From Eledone cirrhosa (lineage: Eukaryota), in the NCBI GenBank assembly GCA_964016885.1, contig OZ024762.1, positions 558,001 through 622,000 of the forward strand: DNA of 64,000 nt, written 5' to 3'. The position numbers and the translations under genes were made by a program. How positions within the stretch are numbered: the stretch's first letter is position 1; the number at the start of each line of letters is the position of its first letter. The notes under the pieces are model-generated. The model had not been told where the DNA came from and did not search any database. It was given only the letters and a program-made list of their open reading frames with translations. This document shows, in pieces, positions 26,341 through 42,712 of the stretch.

Positions 26341-26515
26341 CATACATACATTCATACATATATATAAACACACACATTATTACATGCACCGTACTTCACG
26401 CCCTCTTGATCAAAACTTCGTTCTTCACTTCAAACAACCAACCTTCCTTCTAGAACTTTCTTAACAACAGTATGAAATTGAATAGCTTTCCACTTCAACT
26501 TTATTATTATCATCA

Positions 26516-26828
26516 TTGCAGCATAGAGTTACGCCCCTTTATGGTCCGAGTTAAAATCCCACTGAAGTTAACTTTGCCTTTCATGCTTACGGTTTTGATG
26601 AAATAAAGTACCAGTAATACACTGGGATATAAAGTACCAGTAATACACTAGGATATAAAGTACCAGCAATACACTGGGATATAAAGTACCAGCAATACAC
26701 TGGGATATAAAGTACCAGCAATACACTGGGATATAAAGTACCAGTAATACACTGGGATATAAAGTACCAGTAATACACTGGGATATAAAGTACCAGTAAT
26801 TGCTGGCCTTGTGCCATAAATAGAAACA
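26516..26828 (+). mobile_element. Family A SINE with an internal 26-bp tandem expansion (about 7 copies)
   Basis: AAAGTACCAG(T/C)AATACACTGGGATAT repeated at 26605-26800 inside an otherwise colinear SINE. Confidence 0.8.
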
Positions 26829-26869
26829 ATTATTATAACTCGCCGAGGTTAACTTTGCCTTTCATCCTT

Positions 26870-27330
26870 ACAGAAGTCTCAAATACTTTAATGATATGAA
26901 AGGTGAGTGAGATCGGACGGAGGTCATTGCAAGGGATTTGTTTCCATTTTTGAAAACTGGGACAGAAAGTTTTCAGGAATATAGCCAGTGTCCAGTGAGT
27001 TCCTCCACAGATTAGCAAGAGGAGATGCAAGTCGGTGTCGACACACCTTCAGGACACAAGCAGGGAACCTGTCGGGGCCTATTGCTGAATTGTGCTTAAT
27101 TTCGTTTATTGCCGCTAAGAGATCAGGGGCACCAAACGTTATGTCCGATATAGTGTGTTGGGGGTTAACTCACTGATACGGCCCAGATCGGCCATAGCAG
27201 CATAGGCTGAAAACAGAGCAGTATTGTTTCTGGAGTATCTCGCCCATGATTTTGGCATCTTCTTGGAGTGTGCCATTCAACTAGGGGACCAACAGTGGAC
27301 ACAGTGACCATGTGTTATTTCGCAAATGAA
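26870..27330 (-). mobile_element. Degenerate CR1/Jockey-group LINE fragments
   Basis: DLRPISLTFHIIKVFE (RT domain start) and NGTLQEDAKIMGEILQKQYCSVFS. Confidence 0.6.
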
Positions 27331-27677
27331 AAGAACACTTGGGGTTGAGTTTTATTTTCTCAATGGCCCATTTCTCCTCAGCTGTTCTTTGGTTATTGAT
27401 GGTGGTCTTCATGCATTTCTGGAGGTTTTATTTGATTCAAGCAGTGCGAAGGCCGTCGAATGTGTGTGTTGTTGTTGTTGTTGTTGTTGGCAGTATTTTA
27501 GTTTGTTCATTTTTTGTTTGTTCTTTTTATTTTTCTGATAATGGTTTTTCTGTTTTGCGGGTATTCTGCATTTAGTTTTGTTCACAGATCTTGGTAGGGT
27601 GTGTTTTGCACACATGTTTGTAATATATAATATATATACATATAATATATATATTACATACATATATGTAATATATA

Positions 27678-27763
<86 letters not shown>

Positions 27764-27811
27764 CACGTACCGTCTAACCCATATAATATATATATTACAT
27801 ACATATATGCA

Positions 27812-27843
<32 letters not shown>

Positions 27844-27867
27844 TTAATAAATATCTGTAATATATAA

Positions 27868-27909
<42 letters not shown>

Positions 27910-27940
27910 TATATATATTATATATATAATATATAAATAT

Positions 27941-28006
<66 letters not shown>

Positions 28007-28017
28007 ATATATAATAT

Positions 28018-28070
<53 letters not shown>

Positions 28071-28332
28071 CTTATATATTACATATATTTATTAAATATA
28101 TATATATATATCTGGCGCCAGCTACTTGCCTATCTGTATGTTGTCTTAATCAGTGAAACCAGCAGAAAAGCTATACCTCTGTGGGCCACACTTATCAGTA
28201 ATGTGTAGGACAGACATTACTTGCAGCTGAGTTGGGTCTCCTCTTGAAGATGGCATGCCGAGAGGTTTCCACTTTCTTTTACAAGGTTCTGCCTGTGTGT
28301 GTCCCTACCCCCCCTCTCTCTTTGTATGCAAG

Positions 28333-28384
<52 letters not shown>

Positions 28385-28389
28385 ATATG

Positions 28390-28588
<199 letters not shown>

Positions 28589-28729
28589 GTATATATAATC
28601 AGTCTGGAATTAGCTGCTGTTGAAGTGGCAAGAGCTCAGCTGTCGGAGTCCTGACTCTTTATACTATATACACACACTCATATATATGTATGTGTGTGTA
28701 TATATATATATGTGTGTGTGTATGCAATA

Positions 28730-28837
28730 TATAGGATGAAGCCAACCTGTTTAGAGTATAGCAAAACAGAAGTCTCCGGAGCCCTAACTATGTACTCTCG
28801 CTGTGTTGATGATATTAATATATTGGCAACAATATAT

Positions 28838-28897
<60 letters not shown>

Positions 28898-29690
28898 ACA
28901 CTGAGGATGAGGGACTCAGAGCTGTGCGGGAGCCTCCCAAACGTCAGTTTGAGAGTAGCACAGAGGAGAGTGAGGTTAGCTAGACATGCTCACTGACATC
29001 CAGAGTTGACACTGCACTCAGTGCTCCTGTGGGAGCCCCTGCATGGACACACTGGAAGAGGGAGACCGAGGTTGACATATGTTGATGCCCTAAGGACAGA
29101 CATTGGTCTCTTAGAGATGCAGCACCTGGCAGCGATAATGATGGACAGAGAACGCTGGAGAGAACTCGTCCATGGATCTCGGGAATTTTACCCGCCCTAC
29201 ATAGATAGATACATCAACACAAGAGAGTAGCCATGGCTCTGACCTAGAAGCTAACATCACGAAGTCTATCCAGCATACAACAGATACAAGACTCAGGCAA
29301 ATTAAGGAAGCAAAACATATAATAGAAACTAAACCGAGTCTCAATAGAAAAAAAACAAATGGAATAGCAACACCACCACCCCACAATTTAACGAATGGGG
29401 ACAGAATAGGAACCGTTAGGATGATAAAAAACTATAGTAGGATACAAACAGAGAAATAAGGATACTCCCCTATACACACACATACAAACACACACTCAAG
29501 ACACAAACACACTCACACATGCATATTCCAAACACAAAGACATACACAACGGCGCAGGCGTAGACAGGGAAACGTACTAAAGGAATACAAGATGCAGTAA
29601 ACAAAATAAGGCTAGAATGAAAAGGAGACATAGAGGACAAGAAGTCATTGATGAGGTCAAAATGTGTGGCGAAAGAAATTACGTAAGAAA
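28730..29690 (+). mobile_element. Decayed Penelope-like element (RT motif + GIY-YIG C-terminus), interrupted by (TA)n and an RTE fragment
   Basis: MYSRCVDDINIL near 28790-28825 (compare Y.RYVDDI). TDTRLRQIKEAKHIIETKPSLNR at about 29280-29348 (compare R.IKEA..I....P.LNR). Degenerate TTGATGA..GAAA near 29648. Confidence 0.65.
28898..29202 (+). mobile_element. RTE LINE 3' fragment, non-inverted version of the 3.3-3.8 kb family
   Basis: LRMRDSELCGSLPNVSLRVAQRRVRLARHAH*...GRPRLTYVDAL...EFYPP followed by a TAGA tail. Confidence 0.85.
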
Positions 29691-29797
29691 ATCATTTAGT
29701 GCGTGTGTTTAATATAATATTGTATACATACACACACCTATATATATATACACATACATACATGTATTTGTAAATACATATATATGTATACACATAC

Positions 29798-29949
<152 letters not shown>

Positions 29950-29967
29950 GTATATATATATATAATG

Positions 29968-29999
<32 letters not shown>

Positions 30000-30054
30000 T
30001 GTATGTGTATACATATATATATGTATGTGTATACATATATATATATATATGTGT

Positions 30055-30116
<62 letters not shown>

Positions 30117-30123
30117 TGTATAT

Positions 30124-30154
<31 letters not shown>

Positions 30155-30157
30155 ATG

Positions 30158-30195
<38 letters not shown>

Positions 30196-30414
30196 AGTGA
30201 GCAAGATATATAATACGGTTGTTTGTATATAATTGAAGGTGTGTGTAGTAGACAACGGAGAGGGCGTAACCTGGAACAGACAGTTAAGTGCTCGCTTTAC
30301 GTGGTTAATGTTCTGAGACAAAAATATATTTGTAATTAATTGAAATTATTACCGTAATGAGATACGGGATATCTACAGATGTGTATACATACAAGCATAT
30401 ACATATACATATAC

Positions 30415-30655
<241 letters not shown>

Positions 30656-30707
30656 TATATACATACATATATATATATATACATATATTTATTATTATTA
30701 CGATATA

Positions 30708-30742
<35 letters not shown>

Positions 30743-30802
30743 TCATACATACATAAATAAATAAATACATACAACTATAGATAGATACATACATATACTT
30801 AC

Positions 30803-30870
<68 letters not shown>

Positions 30871-31235
30871 ATGTATTTGCATGTGTATATATATATACAC
30901 ATGCAAACATCACCCGGCCGGTGAAAAAAAAAACTAATTTTTTTCAAGGAAGTTTAACAAAAATTTTATATTTCCAAGTCTTTTAAGATTTTTTATGTCG
31001 TCTGAAGAACTGAGAATATGAAAAGTTGTTATTCTTAGGGAAATATATATAACAGAGATTTAAATAAACCTGAATCAACTGATTATGGTCTCACAGAAAT
31101 ATATATATATACATATATATTTTATATATATAATGTATAATAAACAATACAATATAATTACCTCATTACCAGAGGTTTCCCGAATAAGACGAATACGAAA
31201 AACGTTCTCATTCGTTCGTCAGACAAGACAATACA

Positions 31236-31320
<85 letters not shown>

Positions 31321-31606
31321 TAAATTTGAAGACTAAAATCCAAAGAGGGCTCGATAAGGATAAATATATATAAAATATATAAGAACCGTAGAGCAAATAT
31401 TTATTAAAATAACAGATTAAAGTTTAAGCAAAGAATCGCTGCTTTCACCCTTAGCGGGATCTTTGTTAGTTTCGGAAGATCCCGTTAAGGGTGAAAGCAG
31501 CGATTCTTTGCTTAAACTTTAATCTGTTATTTTAATAAATATATATATAAATATATATATACATACATATATAAATAAATATACATTCATATATATATAT
31601 ACACAC

Positions 31607-31650
<44 letters not shown>

Positions 31651-31776
31651 CATATATAAATATACATTCATATATATATACATATATATAAAATGAATAA
31701 GTAAATAGTTTATACATATTTTATATATATATATATATATTATATATATATATTTTATATATATATATATATATTT

Positions 31777-31808
<32 letters not shown>

Positions 31809-32427
31809 ATATTTTATATATATATATATATATTTTATATATATATATATATTTTATATATATATATATATTTTATATATATATATATATTAAATAAGTC
31901 TCATACATAGAATCATAGAATGAAAAGGAATAACAAATTTGAAAGTAGCAGACGACCGACAACGTGGTCCTGTGTCGTCTGCTAAAGAATATAATAACTA
32001 TATAGCGGTGGTGGTGGTGAAGGTGGTGGAGGTGGAGGTGGTGGTGGTGTAGTGGTGGTGGTGTAGTGGTGGTGGTGGTGGTGGTGAAGGTGGTGGTGGG
32101 GAGGTGGAGAATGTTGACTTTGACAGTGTTGACGACGAAAGGAGAGGGGGGCAAGAAAGAAGGAATAATACATAGGAAGAAAGGAAGAAAGAAGGAAAGA
32201 AAGAAAGAAAAGAAGGAAGGAAAGAAGGAAAGAGCGAGAGAGAAAGAGAGAGAGAAAGAAGTTGATAAAGAAAGAAAGAAGTAGATAAAGAAAGAAGGAA
32301 TTAATAAAGAAAGAAAGAACAAATGCTGAAACTGAAAAAAAGAAGAAAAGATGAAATATGTTAGGGTTGGGGTGGGGAGTAAAATGTGGGGAGGGGGAGT
32401 TACCGAATGACAGACTGACAGGTAGAC

Positions 32428-32490
<63 letters not shown>

Positions 32491-33138
32491 AACGAAGGAG
32501 AATGTGTGAAAAATATTGTGAAATCCCTTCGAAAAAGCGAAATGGAGCTTTTGTACTTACCTTAGGATATATGTTGACTGTAGAGTGACTGGTGGTGGTG
32601 AGAGGGAGAGAGAGAGAGGGGGGACTGGTGGAGAGAGAGGGGTGGAGAGAGGGGGACTGGTGGAGAGAGAGGGTGGAGAGAGAGAGAGTAGGGGAGAGAG
32701 AGGTGGAGTGACAGAGAGGGAAATATAGTGGTGGAGAGGGGGAGAGACTGATAGAGAGGAAGAGAAAGTGATTGGAGAGAGAGAGAGGGTGTTAGTGATG
32801 GGGAAAGTGAAAGTGTGTGAGAGAGGGGGTGAGAGTATGAGAGAGAGAGAGAGAGAGAATTTGAGAGGGAGAGTGATGGAGAGAGAGAGGGAGTGTGGGA
32901 GAGTGGGGGAGAGAGGGAGTGTGGGGGAGAGAAAGTGGGAGAGAGAGGGAGGGAGAGGTGGTGGGTAAAAGAGAGAGAGAGAGGGGGGAATGTTGTACTT
33001 ACCTTTTGTAAGATGTCTGTAAAGAGAGAGGGGGGTAGTGGTGGGAGTGAGAGGCATGGATACACCCTCACACACATCCCCAAATAAACACACGCACAAA
33101 CATGCATATATATATATACACACATATATTTATATATA

Positions 33139-33238
<100 letters not shown>

Positions 33239-33370
33239 TATATATATATACATATATATATACACACACACACATATATATAATCTTATGTGTGTATATA
33301 TGTATATATATATACATACATATATATATACAATTTATATATATATATGCAAATATATATATATATGAGG

Positions 33371-33402
<32 letters not shown>

Positions 33403-33439
33403 GTTTATTTGTGCATGTTTATGTATGTGCATGTGTATG

Positions 33440-33472
<33 letters not shown>

Positions 33473-33626
33473 ATATATATACAGAAATATATATATATAT
33501 ACACACAAAAAAACAACACACTGCAATTTCTATATTAATCTACCTGATCAGATCAGTCTTATCGAACAGATCGATAATCAAAAGACGTTCGATCTGTGAC
33601 ATCTCCAACTGATTATTATTATTATA

Positions 33627-33851
33627 AGCGGTGGATTGGCAGTAGAATCAGTAGAGGGTCAGACACCATGCTTCATGGCATAGAGTTACGATCCTTTACC
33701 TTCTGAGTTCAAATCCCGCCGAACGCCGAAGTTCACTTTGCCTTTCATCCTTACGGGGTCGATAAAATAAAGTACCAGTAATATACTGGGGTCGATTAAA
33801 TTGACTTTCCCCTCCCCCAAAATTGTTGGCCTTGTGCCTAAATCAGAAACC
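33627..33851 (+). mobile_element. tRNA-derived SINE, family A, near full length
   Basis: Head GGTGGATTGGCAGTAGAATCAGTAGAG, B-box GAGTTCAAATCC, end GGCCTTGTGCCTAAATCAGAAAC. Partial copies at 44390-44440 and 58742-58832. Confidence 0.82.
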
Positions 33852-34102
33852 AATATTTATATACAGTTAAGACTTTAAAACAGGGGTTGGTAACCCCCGA
33901 CCCGCGGGCCACTTACACACAATTTTGTTTTCGTGAGATACACACAAAATAAAAACCTAGTCACTGAGGAGGTCACAGAATGTGTGACGAAAGAGCTTTG
34001 ACAATATATAAACAACCATCCAGTTATCGAACCAACCAATCAATCGGAAATTTATAATAAATTGAAGTGAAAATCAACAGGTCTGTGTGTTTTTATTGGC
34101 AG

Positions 34103-34318
34103 CATGACCCTCCCAAAGTATAACAACATGACCCTCCCAAAGTATAACAACATGACCCTCCCAAACTATAACAACATGACCCTCCCAAACTATAACAACA
34201 TGACCCTCCCAAAGTATAACAACATGACCCTCCCAAACTATAACAACATGACCCTCCCAAAGTATAACAACATGACCCTCCCAAAGTATAACAACATGAC
34301 CCTCCCAAAGTATAACAA
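34103..34318. repeat. 24-bp minisatellite (9 copies) derived from a dispersed repeat
   Basis: Unit CATGACCCTCCCAAA(G/C)TATAACAA; present once, in reverse, at about 25315-25340 and 48450-48480. Confidence 0.92.
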
Positions 34319-34527
34319 TATCTGTTTCAACACACGTTTCCAGATAAGAAATATTGTAAAACAAATTCAAAAACGAATTATATATATATATGGACAAGTT
34401 CTCAAATTTTCATTATGTTTATTGAGGTGTCACGCGCGTTTCACGATTGATCAGGTTAAAGTTCGATCTGTATCGATCGGGCCCAACTCTGGAATCAAAA
34501 GCTCATCACATTTCTGTTAACGCAATA

Positions 34528-34571
<44 letters not shown>

Positions 34572-34576
34572 CGGTT

Positions 34577-34614
<38 letters not shown>

Positions 34615-34754
34615 AACAAGTAAGACCCCGACGGCTGAGCTCAAGCAGTTTCGACGGCTAATTCTTACTTGTTCCTATTACCCACTCTACTACCCTAAGT
34701 ATTGAGTACTTTGGTGCGTTATGGTCCACCTGGTTCCTTACCACATTTCCTTCG

Positions 34755-34810
<56 letters not shown>

Positions 34811-35070
34811 TTATATATATATATGTGTGTGTGTGTCGAATGGTAGCTAAGATGCTTCCATAGGCGGTGTGCCGGTTGAGCACTCTATGCCCCTACGGAG
34901 CAGAGTATGATAGAATGGAAAACGAATACATCGGAACTCAATTTATTGTGTGTTACAATTGTTTCCCCGGCGAACAGCTTGAGGTGCGATCCGTGTGCGA
35001 TCTGGATTTGAGTTCCGATGCATCACTGATTTTTCGTTTTCCATTCTCTCTCTCTATATATATACATATA

Positions 35071-35101
<31 letters not shown>

Positions 35102-35187
35102 TTTGGACCCAAAAGAATGATTTTTCTTAAGATTTACAACATTATTTTAACTAGTTATTCATTGTTATTTTATTAAAATATATAAAA

Positions 35188-35252
<65 letters not shown>

Positions 35253-35524
35253 TTTATATATATACTACTTCGATTTTACATTTATTTTGCAAGATTTCTT
35301 ATCTGAAAACTTTGAGTACTATGCTGCCGATAAAAACAGTAGCTTCCTCTTGACAAACCACATGTAAGGGGAAGTAGGGAGAAGGAAACGTGCGGAAGCC
35401 CATCACAAATTTTCACACATTTATGTACGAAATTGTATTTCCAGGGGATGGCTGTTGAGGAAACCATTCTTTTATTCGTTTACTACCCGTATCTGATTTT
35501 TCGTATGTAACTTTGCTGAGGCAT

Positions 35525-35613
<89 letters not shown>

Positions 35614-35728
35614 CACACACACACACACACATACACACACACACACACACATCCGCACACTCACATATACATACACACACATATATGCATATGTATATAT
35701 ATGTGTATATATATACATATATATGTAT

Positions 35729-35782
<54 letters not shown>

Positions 35783-36142
35783 GTATTTGCACAAATGTGC
35801 ACACACATATCTATATATGTGTGTGTGTATATATATATACATGTATTTCTACGCATATATATACATCACTATATATATATATATATGTATATACCTCGAC
35901 TGGTGTCACCCACTCCATGTGGAATCAATCAATAATTTACCAGATACAAAACACAAGTCCGCGTTGAACTTAAACACTGTTCTAATTAGCATAGCTTATC
36001 TCCTCCCTCCACCTCCTTCTACACCACCTCCTCCCCTCCTTCTCTTCCATCTCCTCCTCCACCTCCCCCTTCTTCTCCGCCTCCTCCTCCTCCTCCTCCT
36101 TCTGCACCACCACCACCACCACCTATTCCCTCTCCTTATCGT

Positions 36143-36174
<32 letters not shown>

Positions 36175-37042
36175 CCATCATCACCATCATCATCATCATC
36201 ACCATCACCACCATCACCACCATCATCATCATCATCACCACCACCATCACCATCATCACCACCACCACCACCATCATCATCATCACCATCACCACCATCA
36301 CCACCATCATCACCACCACCACCACCATCATCATCATCACCATCATCACCACCATCATCACCATCACCATCACCATCACCATCACCATCATCACCATCAT
36401 CACCACCACCACCACCACCACCACCATCATCATCACCATCACCATCCCACCCCTCCTACACCTCATCAACACAAATCAATTAAATCTTGTTTTTGTTGTT
36501 GTTAATGGCGAAGTAATGGTGGTGGTGGTGGTGGTGTTGTTGTTGTTAGTGGTGGTGGGGGGGGGGGGGGGGCTGCTGGTGGTGGTGATGGTGGTGGTGG
36601 TGGTGGTGATGGTGGTGGTGGTGGTGGTGGGGTTGTTGTTGTTGTTAGTGGTGGTGGTGGTGGTGATGGGTGGTGGTGGTGGTGGTGGTGTTGGTGCTGG
36701 TGGTGGTGGTGGTGGTAGTGGTGTTGGTGGTGGGGTTGTTGTTGTTGGTGGTGGTGGTGGTGGTAGTGGTGTTGGTGGTGGGGTTGTTGTTGCTGGAGGT
36801 GGTGTTGGTGCTGGCATTGATGGGAGGGGGTGGTGAAGTTGATAGTGTTGTTGTTGTTGGTAGTGGTGGAGATGGTGGTGGTAGTGTGGTGTTGTTATTA
36901 TTGTTATTAAAGGTGGTGGTGTAGTGGTAGTGGTGGAGATGGTAGTGTAGCGGTATGACATGGCGCCCCTACAACTCCAATAAGAGTTAAGTGTGAAGAA
37001 GAAAGATTTAGTAAAATATATCTAAAACATGTTTGTTAATCC

Positions 37043-38488
37043 AAATGTTTATAGTATCTTTACTAGTTGACAGATTGTTGTGAAAATTTACAGTATTACA
37101 GTAAAGACTTTAACATTTAATGTGATGTAGTCATAGTGTTGTACTAAATGTTTATAGTATCTTTACTGGTGTACAGATTGTTGTGAATATTTACAGTATT
37201 ACGGTAAAGACTTTAATATTTAATGTGATGTAGTCATAGTGTTGTACTAAATGTTTATAGTATCTTTACTAGTAGACAGATTGTTGTGAATATTTACAGT
37301 ATTACGGTAAAGACTTTAATATTTAATGTGATGTAGTCATAGTGTTGTACTAAATGTTTATAGTATCTTTACTAGTAGACAGATTGTTGTGAATATTTAC
37401 AGTATTACGGTAAAGACTTTAATATTTAATGTGATGTAGTCATAGTGTTGTACTAAATGTTTATAGTATCTTTACTAGTAGACAGATTGTTGTGAATATT
37501 TACAGTATTACAGTAAAGACTTTAACATTTAATGTGATGTAGTCATAGTGTTGTACTAAATGTTTATAGTATCTTTACTAGTAGACAGATTATTGTGAAT
37601 ATTTACAGTATTACGGTAAAGACTTTAATATTTAATGTGATGTAGTCATAGTGTTGTACTAAATGTTTATAGTATCTTTACTAGTAGACAGATTGTTGTG
37701 AATATTTACAGTATTACAGTAAAGACTTTAACATTTAATGTGATGTAGTCATAGTGTTGTACTAAATGTTTATAGTATCTTTACTAGTAGACAGATTGTT
37801 GTGAATATTTACAGTATTACGGTAAAGACTTTAATATTTAATGTGATGTAGTCATAGTGTTGTACTAAATGTTTATAGTATCTTTACTAGTAGACAGATT
37901 GTTGTGAATATTTACAGTATTACGGTAAAGACTTTAATATTTAATGTGATGTAGTCATAGTGTTGTACTAAATGTTTATAGTATCTTTACTAGTAGACAG
38001 ATTGTTGTGAATATTTACAGTATTACAGTAAAGACTTTAACATTTAATGTGATGTAGTCATAGTGTTGTACTAAATGTTTATAGTATCTTTACTAGTAGA
38101 CAGATTATTGTGAATATTTACAGTATTACGGTAAAGACTTTAATATTTAATGTGATGTAGTCATAGTGTTGTACTAAATGTTTATAGTATCTTTACTAGT
38201 AGACAGATTGTTGTGAATATTTACAGTATTACAGTAAAGACTTTAACATTTAATGTGATGTAGTCATAGTGTTGTACTAAATGTTTATAGTATCTTTACT
38301 AGTAGACAGATTATTGTGAATATTTACAGTATTACAGTAAAGACTTTAATATTTAATGTGATGTAGTCGTAGTGTTGTTTTATACTAAATGTTTATAGTA
38401 TCTTTACTAGTAGACAGATTGTTGTGAAAATTTACAGTATTACAGTAAAGACTTTAATATTTAATGTGATGTAGTCATAGTGTTGTTG
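37043..38488. repeat. 103-bp tandem repeat, about 14 highly similar copies
   Basis: Unit start AAATGTTTATAGTATCTTTACTAG recurs at 37146, 37249 and onward. Confidence 0.95.
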
Positions 38489-39203
38489 TGTAATTTTCTA
38501 GAATGTCTTACTAATGTGGTATCGTGTGGTTCAGGAAGTTAAGACTTTAATATTTATATTTTTACGGTAGAAAGAAAAGAGAAACTATTTAGGAAGTTTT
38601 CTTCCGTGTCTTCTGCCATTATTCTGTCTCCAAGATGGTAGGAATTGTTGTCTTGATTTGTTATTCTTGCAGGTTTTTTACCATCTTTATAGACTGATTC
38701 CTTGCCTTAAATATTTAACAGACACGCTGTGTGTGTGTGAATGTGTATATGTATGTGTGTGTGTATGTATATGTGTGTGTATGTATATGTGTATTTATAT
38801 GTGTATGTGTGTGTGTATGTATGTGTATATGTGTATATGTATATGTATATATGTATATACATATTTTTCCTATTTATTTTTCATCTTATTTTTTCTTTTG
38901 TTTCTAAAAACAATTTAACAACTGAAATGCCTCCCCCCTCCCCGTTATCCCCCTCCTGACCCACCACACCTCCATCGTCCCCCTTTACCCCTCCCCTTCT
39001 CCCCCTCTTGACCCCCACCACACCTCCATCGTCCCCCCTTTACCCCCACCTATCCTCCCCCTCCTGACCCCCACCACACATCCATCGTCCCCATTTACCC
39101 CCACCGCATCTCAATCGTCCCTCTTGACGTGTGTATATATACACATATATATATATATACATGTGTGTGTGTGTATATATATATATATGTGTGTGTATAT
39201 ATA

Positions 39204-39234
<31 letters not shown>

Positions 39235-39240
39235 GGGTGT

Positions 39241-39278
<38 letters not shown>

Positions 39279-39333
39279 ATATATATATATATATATGTGT
39301 GTGTATGTATATATATATATATATGTGTGTATG

Positions 39334-39368
<35 letters not shown>

Positions 39369-39759
39369 ATATGTATATATATACTGGATTCAGGAGGACA
39401 TCACATGCTATAAGGTAAAATAAATATGAGAAACAAAACACTGTTGTTGTTGTTGTTGTTGCTAAGTTAGGTGCTTAGTTGGTTTGTAAGTTCAGTGGAG
39501 TGGTGTGGAGTGGTGCGAGGTGTCGTGGAGTGTCGTGGAGTGTCGTGTGGTGTCGTGAAGTGTGGTGGGGGTGTCGTGGGCTGGTTTGACGTGGTTTGTT
39601 AGCTTAGCTTAGTCTTTTGTGTAAATAGTTCATTGCTATTTAGTCATTACTGATAACAAATAGAGTATATATATACATATATACATATACACATATATAT
39701 ATATATATGTATACACACACAGACATACACATATAGATAGCACACAACACACACATACA

Positions 39760-39802
<43 letters not shown>

Positions 39803-39850
39803 TTTTATTTTGATAGTTCTTGTCTCCTTACTGCTTGCTTTGTGTCCTAC

Positions 39851-39990
39851 TTGGCTAAGCTGGTCCGGTTAGCCGCCATTTTCTGTCATTGATAATAAAT
39901 GTAAAAGCAAACTATAACTGAATGAGCAGACGATCAAGCGACAGACGACAGGCGTCAGAAAACGGTGCTACCAATGGACTGGCGGGGTTT
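39851..39990. promoter_or_regulatory. Promoter-like patch (YY1-type GCCGCCATTTT, CCAAT, GGCGGGG)
   Basis: GCCGCCATTTT at 39872-39882, CCAAT at 39971, GGCGGGG at 39981, in a CpG-richer non-repeat island between two divergent genes. Confidence 0.35.
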
Positions 39991-40453
39991 TAAAATAGAT
40001 TGAAATATTGAAGAGAAGATAAAGAAAACCTTTGTCTTCCTTTTAAAACAATGTCAGCCGTATATTGTTTGGGAGGAAGTGACGTAGTTGTGGTTTTAAA
40101 ATTGGGGGTTGCTGGACTACTTGGATAAAGAAGAAGAAGAAGAAGAAGAAGAAGAAGAAGAAGAAGAAGAAGAAGAAGAAGAAGAAGAAGAAGAAGAAGA
40201 AGAAAAGAAGAAGAAAAGAAGGAGAAGAAGATAACACCAAGAAAGGACATTAATAATAACCTTAACGTGATTAGTTTTTTCGTTGTTTTGGTATTGTATG
40301 GCTGGGTTTTGCCTGCCGCAATTTTCAATTTGTCAAGCTAAACGTATGTTATTACTCTAGAGGCCTACCTTATTGAGTGCTTTGCTACTCATTCCTACTT
40401 GTAGGTCGACTTTGCTTGGCCACAGCCAAAGCTACGATTTTACTAAGCTTCCA

Positions 40454-40514
<61 letters not shown>

Positions 40515-40633
40515 CAAGTAGGAGCTGAAGTAGTATATTACATATGTTAAACAAGTATACCACGTTTAAATGAATTGAGGCTCATCTCTTAATCTATCCA
40601 CATACATACATATATATACACATATACACACGC

Positions 40634-40734
<101 letters not shown>

Positions 40735-40958
40735 GGAAATTAACACCCAATGGATTACGGATGTTTCAAACAAGCAGCGGAAACGACAAAGAAAGATTTA
40801 ACTGAGAAGCAGAAGTCTTTTTCTCGCGGAGATTGACATGAAGGTTCTCAGAATAGGAAATCGGACTGTTACCATTTTCAAGGAGTTTTCACGGATATAA
40901 GGTCAGAAAAAGACAAAAACACCTCCATATATATACATACATAATACACACACATACA

Positions 40959-41095
<137 letters not shown>

Positions 41096-41273
41096 CGTGG
41101 GTGGTGTATATATATATATACATACATATGAATGAAACAGTTCTAGTCCTGTAGAATCTCATCTATATTAAAACTGTTATACTCTGCTATGTATTGAGTA
41201 CCTTACTTACTGTGGTTACCTCCGATTCAACCCGGAATAACGTATATATACATACATATATATATATACATAT

Positions 41274-41331
<58 letters not shown>

Positions 41332-41660
41332 CTGAGAATATTCTGTTTAAATATAGACGATCTCTCAGAGAAAAATATCGAAAGAAAGGAGCAAAACATT
41401 TTTTTAAAATACATCATCATCATCATCAACATAACCAACATCAAGTCATCAACAACAAAAAGATCATCATCAACATCAACAAGAACCATAACAACAACAA
41501 CAACACCAGCATCATTTGTGGATTTAACCCTCAGTATTATACTGGTACTTCATAGAAAACTAACGAAGTTATCAGGTGAGTTCTTTAGTTTCACTTTTAT
41601 ATTGGTTGTCTTGGTGCACACATATGTACATATACGTATAAATACATACACATACACACA

Positions 41661-41753
<93 letters not shown>

Positions 41754-41913
41754 CCAAAGATTAATATGGTTCATTGATTACTCAATAAATATAATTAAAC
41801 TATCAAGATAGTTGTGGTATGTCATACATCAATTCATATATTTTATCTGACGAGGACGTACTGAAAAAACATATATTTTGATTATGTGAATGTATCCATT
41901 TATTAATATTCTG

Positions 41914-41977
<64 letters not shown>

Positions 41978-42245
41978 AACGAAGCCAAATTTTACATTTT
42001 TTACTTAATTATTTTATATATATATATATATATATTTTAATGCTAAATTATTAATAACAATATACCGTATTTGCCGGCCTATTGGACGCCCCCTTCACAT
42101 AAGATTCTCCCTCTTTTTTTTATTAAATTTTTCATTATATTTTAACGTTTATAGGAATTTTTATAGACCCCGTCCAATATTCGTGGTTTATAACTCTTCG
42201 CAGGTGCTCCGGATTGTAACCCCGCGAATACCGGGGGACAACTGA

Positions 42246-42317
<72 letters not shown>

Positions 42318-42404
42318 AAGGGCAGTCCCTTCGCATCAGTTGACCTTTGGACGTCCTTGTGGTTTCATCCGTTTCTCCGTTGTCTTCGCCCACCTTCATC
42401 AAAA

Positions 42405-42631
42405 GTCCGGGCACACCTTTCACGACTGTAAAATAAAGACCCCTTATCTCCTCAACAGGGCCGTCTTTAAATAGCCCCACAACTCTGCTATTTTAAATCC
42501 TATTTATATTCTGCAATATTTAAACTATATGTTGAGATGCTCCGGGAGCTAAATATCGTATGTATCAAATTTGAACCAAATCGGATGGAAACTGTGGAAA
42601 TGCATCGCCTGCACACAGACAGACATTTTCG

Positions 42632-42712
<81 letters not shown>

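Noticed and set aside
37043-38488. CRISPR-like appearance of regular arrays (also 11066-11820 and 61302-62963)
   Set aside because: Head-to-tail repeats without unique spacers, no cas genes, eukaryotic context.
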